A stretch of DNA of 64,000 nucleotides, from NCBI GenBank assembly GCA_043812655.1, contig JBDRLW010000044.1:59534-123533 (forward strand), given 5' to 3'. This DNA comes from a bacterium. Lineage in GTDB: Bacteria; Margulisbacteria; WOR-1; O2-12-FULL-45-9; XYB2-FULL-48-7. The position numbers and the translations under genes were made by a program. Shown here one piece after another: positions 1-9,296 of the stretch. The notes below the pieces were generated by a model that ran no database searches, was not told the DNA's origin, and worked only from the letters and a program-made list of their open reading frames with translations. Position 1 is the stretch's first letter; each line of letters opens with the position of its first letter.

Positions 1-245
1 AATTTTTCGCCGCCGTGGACGACCCGGTGGCCAACCGCCGATATCTCGGAAAGGTCAGCCAAAACATTCTTATCTTTTTCGGTTAAATCCGCCAAGACAT
101 GTTTAAGCGCCGTCCGATGGTCGGCCGGGCCGCCGGTAATGCCGACCCGTTCAATTTGCCCGCTCGCCAAGGTTTGGCGGGTGCTCCACTTATATAATTT
201 GTATTTAACCGAAGAACTACCGCAATTGAGTGCTAGAATTTTCAT
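1..245 (-). CDS. ackA: Acetate kinase, N-terminal part (runs off window)
   Basis: Manual translation MKILALNCGSSSVKYKLY...AVGHRVVHGGEK; not in ORF track. Confidence 0.92.
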   Translation of the reverse strand, partial: MKILALNCGSSSVKYKLYKWSTRQTLASGQIERVGITGGPADHRTALKHVLADLTEKDKNVLADLSEISAVGHRVVHGGEK

Positions 246-966
246 AAATAATAACTCCGACCTGTAATTTATCGGCTAGCCGCCGCCCTTCTTCCGGCCC
301 TAAAACAAAGATCGCCGTTGATAAGGCGTCTGCTAACCCGGCATCTTTGGCGATCACGGTCACACCTTGGCATTTATCGGCCGGTTTGCCATTTCTTGGG
401 TCGATAATATGCCCCGGCTGTTCATACTGGCCAGAAGTCGCGAGGGCATCGCCGTCATTCAAGACAACGACGTCATTTCCACCTTTGATGCCAATCCGCC
501 AGCCGTCCCCGATCACCGCCATCGACGAATGCATATCAATTATAGCACTTTTAACTCCCCTCTTCAGTAACAGCTGTCTAGCCGCTTCCACGGCATACCC
601 CTTGCCTATCCCACCCAGATCAATATCCCACGCAGTTTGATTTGAGCTCACATCAAACGCGCCACCTGATAGTTTTTTTACTTTATCTGCCAGTTCCAAG
701 CACTTGATGGTGTCTGCCGAGGGGACAAAATTTCTCTCCTTGAGTCGACCAACATCACTCTCTTTATCAAACCGGCTGAATAATTTATCCAATCTTTTTA
801 TTTCTTGAAACGCTTGATCAGCTGAATTACCGGAGAACCAATCATTGATCTTTATCCTGACGGTCGTCCCCATGACCTGATAATTCTTTTCTATCGGCCG
901 ATTGTAATAAATAAACACTATCGCGCCGATAAAGACCAAAATTAGAAAGCCGTATCTTATTTTCAT
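217..966 (-). CDS. apbE: FAD:protein FMN transferase (ApbE family), compact form
   Basis: MGT, DLGGIGKGYAV, ATSG, HIIDPR, ADALSTA motifs; start taken at MKIRYG (966) to avoid overlap with pyrB. Confidence 0.88.
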   Translation of the reverse strand: MKIRYGFLILVFIGAIVFIYYNRPIEKNYQVMGTTVRIKINDWFSGNSADQAFQEIKRLDKLFSRFDKESDVGRLKERNFVPSADTIKCLELADKVKKLSGGAFDVSSNQTAWDIDLGGIGKGYAVEAARQLLLKRGVKSAIIDMHSSMAVIGDGWRIGIKGGNDVVVLNDGDALATSGQYEQPGHIIDPRNGKPADKCQGVTVIAKDAGLADALSTAIFVLGPEEGRRLADKLQVGVIIYENSSTQLR

Positions 967-994
967 AAATATGACGTGATATGATATAATAGCA

Positions 995-1945
995 ATGAGC
1001 ATGAATAAGGTCAAAGGGTTAAAGTCAAAAGACCTCCTCGGCCTCAAGGACCTGGATCTCGAGGAAATAAAGCTCATTCTCCGCACTGCCCGCTCGATGA
1101 AAGAAGTGCTTAAAAGACCGATCCCCAAAGTCCCCACTTTACTTGGCAAACACATTATCACGCTCTTCTATGAACCATCGACTAGAACAAGAACCTCGTT
1201 CAATACCGCCGCTAAAGTCGTCTCGGCCAATGTCACCAACGTTGCCGTCTCTTCCTCTAGCGTTGCTAAAGGTGAAAACTTAATTGATACAGTTAAGAAC
1301 CTGGAGGTAATGGGGCTCGATTGCATCGTTATCCGCCACAGCATGGGAGGAGCTCCTCACCTGGCCGCTAAAAACTGCCAGGCCTCGGTTATTAACGCCG
1401 GCGACGGTTATAATGAACACCCCACTCAAGGCTTGCTTGACATCTTCACCATGATCGAAAAACGCGGCACAGTTAGAGGGAAAAAGGTCGTGATCGTCGG
1501 GGATATCGCCCATTCACGCGTTGCCAGGTCAAATATCTGGGGGCTAAAAAAACTTAACGCCGAAGTCGTTGTCGTCGGCCCGCCAACGCTCATGCCCAAA
1601 GAGATCGAGAAAATGGGGGTCAGGGTCTCATACAAACTTGATGAAGAAATCGAAGATGCCGATTTTATTAATATGCTTAGGATCCAGAAAGAGCGGATGG
1701 AAAAAGGCCTCTTTCCCTCGATCGAAGAATACGCCGAGCTCTACGGGTTAAATGGGGACCGGATGAAAAAAGCTAAAAACGATGTCGTCGTCATGCATCC
1801 CGGACCGATCAATCGCGGCGTGGAAATCTCCTCCGAAGTCGCCGACGGGCCAAACAACGTGATCCTTGACCAAGTAACCAACGGGGTCGCTGTCCGGACC
1901 GCTGTCTTACTGCTTCTCTTGAGCGGAAAATCTAGTTCTCAATAA
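995..1945 (+). CDS. pyrB: Aspartate carbamoyltransferase catalytic subunit
   Basis: FYEPSTRTRTSF, HPTQ, HPGP motifs. Confidence 0.96.
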   Translation: MSMNKVKGLKSKDLLGLKDLDLEEIKLILRTARSMKEVLKRPIPKVPTLLGKHIITLFYEPSTRTRTSFNTAAKVVSANVTNVAVSSSSVAKGENLIDTVKNLEVMGLDCIVIRHSMGGAPHLAAKNCQASVINAGDGYNEHPTQGLLDIFTMIEKRGTVRGKKVVIVGDIAHSRVARSNIWGLKKLNAEVVVVGPPTLMPKEIEKMGVRVSYKLDEEIEDADFINMLRIQKERMEKGLFPSIEEYAELYGLNGDRMKKAKNDVVVMHPGPINRGVEISSEVADGPNNVILDQVTNGVAVRTAVLLLLLSGKSSSQ

Positions 1946-3260
1946 TCCCTTTTCCTTTATGGACTACGGCTAACTCTTCTTTCATTTCTCCAAGATTTTT
2001 GCCAGCCAAGGGATATAAGAACATGATAAGAAAGCTGACCAAGAGGGCAGCAATTGGCAAGGCGGCGATCAAAACCCTGACGCCGGAAATAAAATCGGCC
2101 GGCTGGGTGTAAACATAAGGGTTATAACCAGACGCCATAAAAACCCAGCTGATGCAAAAAGTCTCCATCCCGATCGCGAAGCGGGTAATAAAAGCGTTCA
2201 TCCCGTAAAACATCCCCTCCCGCCTTTCCCCTGTTTTAATTTCGTCTTCATCAATTACGTCAGCGATCAAAAGGTCGACCACTAAAATAAGCCCGGCTAA
2301 CCCGGCGCCAAGCAAGCTTGAAACCAACAGTATTTTATTAAATTCTGAAACGACAAGCAGCGGGACCAAGGCGACGATCACTACTACCATGGCAGACAAA
2401 AAGCATTTTTTCGCCCCAAAAAGGAGGGCGATTTTTTGCCAGACAAAAAGCATTGGGATCACTGTTAAAAACGCGATCGCTAAAATATAAGTAATACTTA
2501 CGGAAGGCACAGCTAAGACATATTTAGCGAAAAACGGGATCATTGCTAAAACCATGGTAAAAGAGAACTGGATAAAAAGATTGGCCAAGACCAAAGTCAT
2601 GAAGGAACGATTTTCCAGTGTCGCTCTTAGCGCTTGTGGAAAACGAAGCCTTTTATCTTTGGCTAGTTCCGGCCGCTCATGGCTCCCAAGGATCGCAATA
2701 AATAAGGTTAAAAAGATTATGCTTCCTAAGATACCCCCCATCCATCCCCAACCCAAGGAGCTATAGATCAATGGGGGAATAACTACGCCGATCAAAAGAC
2801 CAAAGATCCCTAAGCTTTGGCGGAAAGCGTTAACGCTGGCCCGTTCTTTAAGGCTAAAAAACATTTCAGGAAATAAGGCCGCCCAATTTAAATTGACGAT
2901 TGAGTACAAAGCGTCAAAAATAAAGATCACTGCCAAAAAATAGGCAAAAAGTTGGACTTCCTGGTTAATTCCGTTAAACGGTGGTGTCCAGATCAAGCAA
3001 TAAACGATGACAAGGGGAAGGGCGCCAAAGATCAAGTATGGGATCCGGCGTCCAAAGTGTGACCTGGTATTATCAGAAAGAAAACCAATGATCGGGTCAT
3101 TAACCGCGTTCCAAAAAGCAAAAATAAGCATCCCGACCCCGGCATAATAAACCGGCAGCTTCATCACGTCAACATAGAAAAAGATGACAAAAACCGAAAA
3201 AGACTGATAAGCAATCGCGCTTGAGGCCGCTCCAAAACTATAGGCGATCTTCTTTAGCAC
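1932..3260 (-). CDS. MFS glycoside-pentoside-hexuronide (MelB-like) transporter
   Basis: NDPIIGFLSD..RS.FGRR.PY and DVIDEDE..TG.RREG motifs; about 12 TM segments. Confidence 0.85.
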   Translation of the reverse strand: MLKKIAYSFGAASSAIAYQSFSVFVIFFYVDVMKLPVYYAGVGMLIFAFWNAVNDPIIGFLSDNTRSHFGRRIPYLIFGALPLVIVYCLIWTPPFNGINQEVQLFAYFLAVIFIFDALYSIVNLNWAALFPEMFFSLKERASVNAFRQSLGIFGLLIGVVIPPLIYSSLGWGWMGGILGSIIFLTLFIAILGSHERPELAKDKRLRFPQALRATLENRSFMTLVLANLFIQFSFTMVLAMIPFFAKYVLAVPSVSITYILAIAFLTVIPMLFVWQKIALLFGAKKCFLSAMVVVIVALVPLLVVSEFNKILLVSSLLGAGLAGLILVVDLLIADVIDEDEIKTGERREGMFYGMNAFITRFAIGMETFCISWVFMASGYNPYVYTQPADFISGVRVLIAALPIAALLVSFLIMFLYPLAGKNLGEMKEELAVVHKGKGIIEN

Positions 3261-3268
3261 AATAAAAA

Positions 3269-3442
3269 CTAAATGTTGATCGCTTCAACCGGGCAGGCGC
3301 TAGCAACTTCTTCCAAGTTATGGGTGCCGCATTCTTGTTTGGTCGCCTGGGCTTTACCATCTTCGATCATCACAAAAACTTCAGGACACATATCAACACA
3401 AACGCCGCAACCGATGCAAAGTGCTTGGTCAACAGATACCAT
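3269..3442 (-). CDS. Small single-cluster ferredoxin (57 aa)
   Basis: Manual translation MVSVDQALCIGCGVCVDMCPEVF...ASACPVEAINI; upstream RBS GAAAGGGGG; below ORF-track cutoff. Confidence 0.9.
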   Translation of the reverse strand: MVSVDQALCIGCGVCVDMCPEVFVMIEDGKAQATKQECGTHNLEEVASACPVEAINI

Positions 3443-3482
3443 TAGTGAGTCCCCCTTTCATTTTAATATTGAAATTATACTA

Positions 3483-4157
3483 CTAACCGCGCTTTTTCGG
3501 AAGATGTTTTATGACTTTCCCTTCAACCATATAGACTACATCTTCGGCAATATTGGTAGCGTGGTCGGCGATCCGCTCCAAGTGGCGGGAAATAATGATA
3601 AGAGGGAGCGCTCGATTAGTTGTTGAAGCATCTTTATTCATGATCTCCGTTAATTCATCATAAATAAGGTCTCGATAGCTATCGACTTTATTTTCATCTG
3701 CCCACAGAGAGGCCGCGATAGTAGCGTCCCGTCTAACAAAAGAGTCTAGCGCGGTGTGGACCATTTTTTCGGCCAGTTCAGCCATTTTCGGAATATCGAC
3801 CAGCGGTTTAAGCAGTGGCAGCGAAGAAAGTTCGATCGCCCGCTGGGCGATATCGACCGACAGGTCTCCAATGCGTTCCAGGTCAGAACCGATCCTCATC
3901 CCGGTCGTGATAAAGCGCAAGTCGATCGCCATCGGCTGCTGCGTCGCCAAAAGCTCGAGACAAATGTCATCTATTTTAAGTTCAATATCATCGATCGCGT
4001 CATCTGATTCAATGATCGCCTTAGCTAGGCCGGCGTCGGCTTTTTTTAACGCTTCGACTGAACTAAATATGCTTTTCTCTACCATCCCGCCCATCTTCAA
4101 GATCAAGTCGTTCAACTTCGCCAACTCTTTTTGAAAATGCTCTCTGCCGTCTATCAT
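3483..4157 (-). CDS. phoU: Phosphate signalling protein PhoU (copy 1)
   Basis: QQPMAIDLR, DLERIGD, LERIADHATNIAE. Confidence 0.95.
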   Translation of the reverse strand: MIDGREHFQKELAKLNDLILKMGGMVEKSIFSSVEALKKADAGLAKAIIESDDAIDDIELKIDDICLELLATQQPMAIDLRFITTGMRIGSDLERIGDLSVDIAQRAIELSSLPLLKPLVDIPKMAELAEKMVHTALDSFVRRDATIAASLWADENKVDSYRDLIYDELTEIMNKDASTTNRALPLIIISRHLERIADHATNIAEDVVYMVEGKVIKHLPKKRG

Positions 4158-4158
4158 A

Positions 4159-4911
4159 TTAACCAAACCTCCCTGTTATATAATCTTCCGTCTTTTTTTC
4201 GCGCGGGGTGGTGAAAAGCTGCTTGGTCTCGCCTTTTTCCACCAACTCGCCGAGAAGCATAAAACCGCAATCGTCGGATATCCTGGCTGCCTGCTGCATA
4301 TTATGCGTCACGATGATGATAGTATACTGTTTTTTTAGCTGGGTCATCAACTCTTCGATCTTCATTGTCGCCAACGGATCAAGCGTCGAGCACGGTTCAT
4401 CCATCAATAAAACCTCCGGCAAAACTGAAAGCAGCCTAGCAATACAAAGCCTTTGCTGCTGCTCCAGCGATAGCGTTAAGGCATTGGCCGACAATTTATC
4501 TTTTAATTCATCGAACAACAAGACTGATGAAAGTGATTTTTCGGCTGCCGCCTCAAGTTTTTGACGGTTTTTCTCGCCATGGATCCGCAATCCGTAAACA
4601 ACATTTTCAAAGACCGATAAGGGAAAAGGATTTGGCCGCTGGAAAACCATCCCCACCCGTTTCCTAAGTTTGATCAAGTCTTCGCCCTCATCCAATATCT
4701 CTTCGCCTCCATACTTAACGCTCCCGGTTATTTTTATCCCTTCGATCAGGTCGTTCATCCGGTTAAATACCCGCAGCAGCGTTGATTTACCGCAACCCGA
4801 CGGGCCGATCAAAGCGGTGATCTTATTCTTCTCAACCTCAAGTGAGACATCAATCAAAGCTTTGAATGTCCCGTACCATAAATTCAATTTATTGGTTTCG
4901 ATAATATTCAC
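4159..4911 (-). CDS. pstB: Phosphate ABC ATPase PstB with degenerate signature (LSLEQQQR)
   Basis: [29 protein letters not shown]. Confidence 0.92.
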   Translation of the reverse strand: MNIIETNKLNLWYGTFKALIDVSLEVEKNKITALIGPSGCGKSTLLRVFNRMNDLIEGIKITGSVKYGGEEILDEGEDLIKLRKRVGMVFQRPNPFPLSVFENVVYGLRIHGEKNRQKLEAAAEKSLSSVLLFDELKDKLSANALTLSLEQQQRLCIARLLSVLPEVLLMDEPCSTLDPLATMKIEELMTQLKKQYTIIIVTHNMQQAARISDDCGFMLLGELVEKGETKQLFTTPREKKTEDYITGRFG

Positions 4912-5669
4912 TAGCCGAACCTCCCGGTAATGTAATCCTCGGTCCGTTTGTCTTTGGGAACGGTGAAAAGTTGGTTGGTCTCACCTATTTCAACCATTTC
5001 ACCCATTAAGAAGAAGGCGGTCCGGTCTGAAACACGGGCCGATTGTTTTACATTATTAGTAACTAATATCTGCGTATAATTTTTCTTAAGGACCCGCATC
5101 GCTTCTTCGACTTTTAACGTCGAGATCGGGTCGAGGCCAGAACAAGGTTCATCATAAAGGATCACTTCGGGCTCCACCGCCAGTGTTCGCGCGATACAAA
5201 GGCGTTGTTGTTGTCCGCCGGAAAGTTTGAAGGCTGAAGTTTTAAGCCGATCCTTAACTTCATCCCAGATCGCGGCGGCTTTCAGCGATCTTTCCACTAT
5301 CTCTGTCAATTGCTTGAGGTTTTTTATCCCGTGCATCCTGGGACCGTAGGCGACATTATCAAAGATCGAAAGAGGGAGCGGCAGCGGCAGGGCAAAAACG
5401 ATCCCTACTCTTTTGCGCAAAAGATGTTTATCGATCCGACAAAAAATATCCTCACCGTCAAGCAAGACCTCACCGGTTGTTTTTGAGTTCGGATAAAGCT
5501 CATTCAACCGGTTGAGGGTCCGTAAAAATGAGGTTTTACCGCTATTCGACGGCCCGATTATCCCTAATATTTCATTGGCTTTAACCTCAAGCTCCAGATC
5601 TTTTATCGCGTGCTGTTTCTCGTACCAAACATTTAACTTTTCGACTTTTATTTTGGTGGTCATCACCAA
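4911..5669 (-). CDS. pstB: Phosphate ABC ATPase PstB with degenerate Q- and H-loops
   Basis: [31 protein letters not shown] and VTNN replace VFQxP and VTHN. Confidence 0.92.
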   Translation of the reverse strand: MVMTTKIKVEKLNVWYEKQHAIKDLELEVKANEILGIIGPSNSGKTSFLRTLNRLNELYPNSKTTGEVLLDGEDIFCRIDKHLLRKRVGIVFALPLPLPLSIFDNVAYGPRMHGIKNLKQLTEIVERSLKAAAIWDEVKDRLKTSAFKLSGGQQQRLCIARTLAVEPEVILYDEPCSGLDPISTLKVEEAMRVLKKNYTQILVTNNVKQSARVSDRTAFFLMGEMVEIGETNQLFTVPKDKRTEDYITGRFG

Positions 5670-6511
5670 GTCTTCCTCTTTCTTAATTTTGACCTAAGCC
5701 AGGCGGCCAAAATATTCATTATAAAGATCATGCCGACTAAAACTAAAACCGTCCCATATTGGATCTTGACGCTGACGTTCGGTACCTGGGTCGATAAAAC
5801 GTAAATATGATAAGGGAGGGCCATCGCTTGGTCGTAAACCGATTGCGGCAGGCGCGGCAGGTAAAAAGCCGCTACAGTAAAAAGAATCGGCGCTGTTTCC
5901 CCAGCGGCTCGAGATAAACCCAAGATCGCTCCGGTAATTATCCCCGGCAAGGCATTCGGCAAGACCACGTGGCGGACAGTTTGCCATCTCGTTGCCCCGA
6001 GTGAAAAACTAACTTCCCTGAAAGACTTGGGAACAGCGCTTAGCGCTTCTCTCGTCGCCGTAATAATTACCGGCAAGGTCATGATCGCCAGCGTCAGCGA
6101 CCCGGCCAAGATCGAAGCGCCAAAATTAAGGAACGTCACAAAGAGCCCAAGACCAAATAGGCCGTAGACGATCGAAGGGACCCCGGCCAAATTAATGATC
6201 GCCAGTTCGATCAATCTTGTTAACCAGTTTTTGGCCGCGTATTCATTAAGATAGATCGCCGCCATTATCCCAAAAGGGAGAGAAAAGACCGCTGTCCCGA
6301 TCACTAGATAAATCGTGCCGACGATCGCCGGAAAGATCCCCCCAGCCCTCATCCCATCTCTCGGCATTGACAAGAGAAATTCCGGGGTCAAGCCGGGCAG
6401 GCCTCTAACCACTACTAAAACCATGATCAAAACCACTGGCATTACAACTAAAATTGTCGCCAAGAATAAAAGGCTGAAAGCTATTTTTTGTTTTAAGGTT
6501 GAGTCGATCAT
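5663..6511 (-). CDS. pstA: Phosphate ABC permease PstA
   Basis: [21 protein letters not shown]. Confidence 0.93.
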   Translation of the reverse strand: MIDSTLKQKIAFSLLFLATILVVMPVVLIMVLVVVRGLPGLTPEFLLSMPRDGMRAGGIFPAIVGTIYLVIGTAVFSLPFGIMAAIYLNEYAAKNWLTRLIELAIINLAGVPSIVYGLFGLGLFVTFLNFGASILAGSLTLAIMTLPVIITATREALSAVPKSFREVSFSLGATRWQTVRHVVLPNALPGIITGAILGLSRAAGETAPILFTVAAFYLPRLPQSVYDQAMALPYHIYVLSTQVPNVSVKIQYGTVLVLVGMIFIMNILAAWLRSKLRKRKTW

Positions 6512-7374
6512 CTTTTCTTCCTATGTAAAAACATGTCGGCGGTCAAGTTGATCGCAAAGCTGATAATAAAAAGGATTATCCCGATCGCAAAAAGAGCGTA
6601 ATAGTGACTGCTGCCGGAAACCGCCTCTCCCATTTCAGCCGCGATCGTCGCCGTTAGTGTCCTAACCGGCTGGAGCAAGCTGGTTGGCATAACAGCCGCG
6701 TTGCCGGTGATCATCAGGACCGCCATCGTCTCCCCGATCACCCGCCCAATGCCCAGCATTACCGCCGCTAGTATGCCCGATGAAGCGGCCGGTAAGATCA
6801 CCCGATAAATTGTTTGCCACTGGGTCGCCCCAAGCGCCAGTGATCCTTCTTTATAATTGCGCGGGATCGAAACGATAGAGTCTTCTATGATCGAAACAAT
6901 GGTCGGCAGCGCCATAAAAGCCAGCATGATCGAACCGGCCAACGCCGTCAGCCCGCTGGGCAGGCCAAAGACCCCTTTCAAAAATGGTGCTAGCGTCACA
7001 ATGCCGATAAAACCAAGGACAATACTGGGGATCGCCGCCAGAAGCTCTATTCCGGTCTTTAAAATATCGCGCAACCATTTGGGGGCGACTTCCGCCACGT
7101 AGATCGCCGCTGCCAAACCTAATGGGACCGCAATAATGATCGCGCCAAAAGTCACGATCACCGACCCTAAGATCAATGGCAAGACCCCAAATTGAGGGGG
7201 ATCAGAGATCGGATACCAATTTTTACCGAACAAGAAAGCCAGAACATTTTCGCTGGCGAACAGGGAAAGCCCTTCTTTGAGCAGGAAGATAAAGATCAAA
7301 ACAACAAAAACGATCGAGGCTATCCCCGAAGCAAAGATCGCTTTTTCAATAATAAACTCTATCGGTCTTTTCAT
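6508..7374 (-). CDS. pstC: Phosphate ABC permease PstC
   Basis: LAAIPSIV, GRVIGETMAV. Confidence 0.93.
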   Translation of the reverse strand: MKRPIEFIIEKAIFASGIASIVFVVLIFIFLLKEGLSLFASENVLAFLFGKNWYPISDPPQFGVLPLILGSVIVTFGAIIIAVPLGLAAAIYVAEVAPKWLRDILKTGIELLAAIPSIVLGFIGIVTLAPFLKGVFGLPSGLTALAGSIMLAFMALPTIVSIIEDSIVSIPRNYKEGSLALGATQWQTIYRVILPAASSGILAAVMLGIGRVIGETMAVLMITGNAAVMPTSLLQPVRTLTATIAAEMGEAVSGSSHYYALFAIGIILFIISFAINLTADMFLHRKKR

Positions 7375-8222
7375 GGTTGATGTATAGGCACAAAGTCCAT
7401 CTTAAGCACTATTTCCTGGCCTGCCCGGCTAAAAACATAATCAATGAACGCCTTAACTTCGCCAGAGGGGACGCCATTAGTGTAAAATAAAAGCGACCGG
7501 GAAATAGGATATTTTTTCTGCACTACGCTTTTGACAGAAGGAACAACGTAAGGACCATCATTACTTTTAGCGACCGCCAACGCCTTTTCTTTTTTTGTCA
7601 GGTAGCCAAGGCCAATATATCCGATCGCTGCGGGATTAGCGTCAACTTCTTCAATGATCGCTTGGGATGAAGGCATCATCAAGATCGACGGGGCAAATTC
7701 ATTTGGGTTTTTCTTTTCACCTAGTTTAACAACTTCTTCTAAAAAGAAAACATGAGTCCCGGAATTGCGCTCACGGGAAAGGGCGACGATCCGCTTATTT
7801 TGGCCGCCAACCTCCTGCCAGTTCTTGATCTTTCCGGTAAAAATACCTGAAAGCTGGCCAATAGTCAGCTTGTTGACCGGATTAGCAGGATTAACCGCAA
7901 CAACAATGCCATCATTTGCAACATGCCATTCGACCGGCTCAACCCCATGTTTTTCGGCCATTTTTATCTCTTTGGCTTTGATGTTTCGTGAACACTGGGC
8001 AATGTCGGTAGCATTGGCGATGATCGCGGCAATTCCAGTCCCTGATCCCCCGCCCGTAATGGCGATCGCGGTTTCAGGGTGGATATTCATGTATTGTTCC
8101 GCCCAAGCTTGGGCAAGATTAACCATGGTATCGGAACCTTTGATCTGCATCGCTTTTTGCGACCTGGTACAGCCAAGGAGTGAAGCCAGAACAAGAAGGA
8201 CTACCAGCAGTCTTATCTTCAT
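7371..8222 (-). CDS. pstS: Phosphate-binding lipoprotein PstS
   Basis: Lipobox LLGC; GSDTM, GGGSGTG, SGT motifs; first gene of pst operon. Confidence 0.92.
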   Translation of the reverse strand: MKIRLLVVLLVLASLLGCTRSQKAMQIKGSDTMVNLAQAWAEQYMNIHPETAIAITGGGSGTGIAAIIANATDIAQCSRNIKAKEIKMAEKHGVEPVEWHVANDGIVVAVNPANPVNKLTIGQLSGIFTGKIKNWQEVGGQNKRIVALSRERNSGTHVFFLEEVVKLGEKKNPNEFAPSILMMPSSQAIIEEVDANPAAIGYIGLGYLTKKEKALAVAKSNDGPYVVPSVKSVVQKKYPISRSLLFYTNGVPSGEVKAFIDYVFSRAGQEIVLKMDFVPIHQP

Positions 8223-8244
8223 ATGATTATTATCTAATAATTAT

Positions 8245-8282
8245 GTTACATAATTATTACGGCCAAGTTAATTAATAGTTAA
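8245..8282 (-). promoter_or_regulatory. Pho box: four (T/G)TAA(C/T) units at 11-bp period upstream of pstS
   Basis: Minus-strand TTAAC, TTAAC, GTAAT, GTAAC; + strand starts 8278, 8267, 8256, 8245. Confidence 0.75.
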
Positions 8283-8375
8283 CATAACCTGAGGCCAACG
8301 GTTCAATCTATCTATCTTGTGCCAGCCATCTATATATGGTATAGATATACAGCCAGTCTCCAAGGAGGAATTAAG

Positions 8376-8804
8376 ATGAAGAAAGCCGTTATTTTTCTTA
8401 TCGGATCATTTGCGGTCGTTTTAATTTTTGTCGCCTTCAGCCGATCAAGCGCCTTGCCTGATCTAGTTGTTGAAAATATAAAGGTTGACGCTTCCGCTCT
8501 TAATAAAAATAAGACGGTAAAGATAAAGTACACCGTTAAGAACCAGGGGAAAACCACCGCCGGAAAATCGATCGCCTTCCTTGATATTGCCAGCAACCCC
8601 ACGAAAGACTTACATCAGTCGATCAAGCAATCTATCCCCTCCCTGCCCCCAAACCAAAGCTATACCACGGAGATCAGCTACCCGATCAAAACTACCGGTG
8701 ATTTACAGATCAAAGCGACCGCTGATTATAAAAACAAGATCACCGAGGGGAGCGAATTGAACAACAGCAACACGATTAAGTTTTCGGTCGGTTTTGGATT
8801 GTAG
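8376..8804 (+). CDS. Secreted CARDB-domain protein
   Basis: AGGAGG RBS, signal peptide, LPDLVV...VKNQG...ADY.N.I.E..E.NN pattern. Confidence 0.75.
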   Translation: MKKAVIFLIGSFAVVLIFVAFSRSSALPDLVVENIKVDASALNKNKTVKIKYTVKNQGKTTAGKSIAFLDIASNPTKDLHQSIKQSIPSLPPNQSYTTEISYPIKTTGDLQIKATADYKNKITEGSELNNSNTIKFSVGFGL

Positions 8805-8807
8805 TAG

Positions 8808-9236
8808 CTATTCTTTCTTAGTTAGTGATAAGTTAAAGGGGCAATTAATATCTTTTTTATCTTTATCCACGATCCTTATCGTCTTGTCGTCCACCATTAA
8901 ATAGTAGGCCGTTTTGGCCGGGTGGTCAAAATCGATCTCAATTAAAACAGCCTCCGATTGGCCGGGGCGCCCTTTACTTTTCCGCCATTTACCATAAGCA
9001 TAATAGGTTTTATCTTTTCCGTTTTCGGCCTCAATGTAGGTTGACTGGATTTTATACTTCCCCGGATCCCCTTCATATAGCGTAAGGGTTTCCCGCAAAC
9101 CAGGGCAATCAGCGGCAGGGAGCATTCCCTCGTAAACCGCTAAAATACGATCATTAGAAGTAAAAGCCCGATAGAAGAAATAAGCCAGCACGGCCACCGC
9201 CAGTAAACCGATCAAAAGAAAGATCGTTTTTTTCAT
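8808..9236 (-). CDS. NlpE/CutF N-terminal domain protein
   Basis: YEGMLPAADCPGL motif after an N-terminal anchor. Confidence 0.75.
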   Translation of the reverse strand: MKKTIFLLIGLLAVAVLAYFFYRAFTSNDRILAVYEGMLPAADCPGLRETLTLYEGDPGKYKIQSTYIEAENGKDKTYYAYGKWRKSKGRPGQSEAVLIEIDFDHPAKTAYYLMVDDKTIRIVDKDKKDINCPFNLSLTKKE

Positions 9237-9296
9237 AGCTAAAGCGATTATACGCCTTGATTTATCTTTGTCAAACACTTAAGATTATTGTGTCAG

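Noticed and set aside
3273..3626. 117-aa plus-strand ORF
   Set aside because: Antisense to the ferredoxin and the end of phoU.
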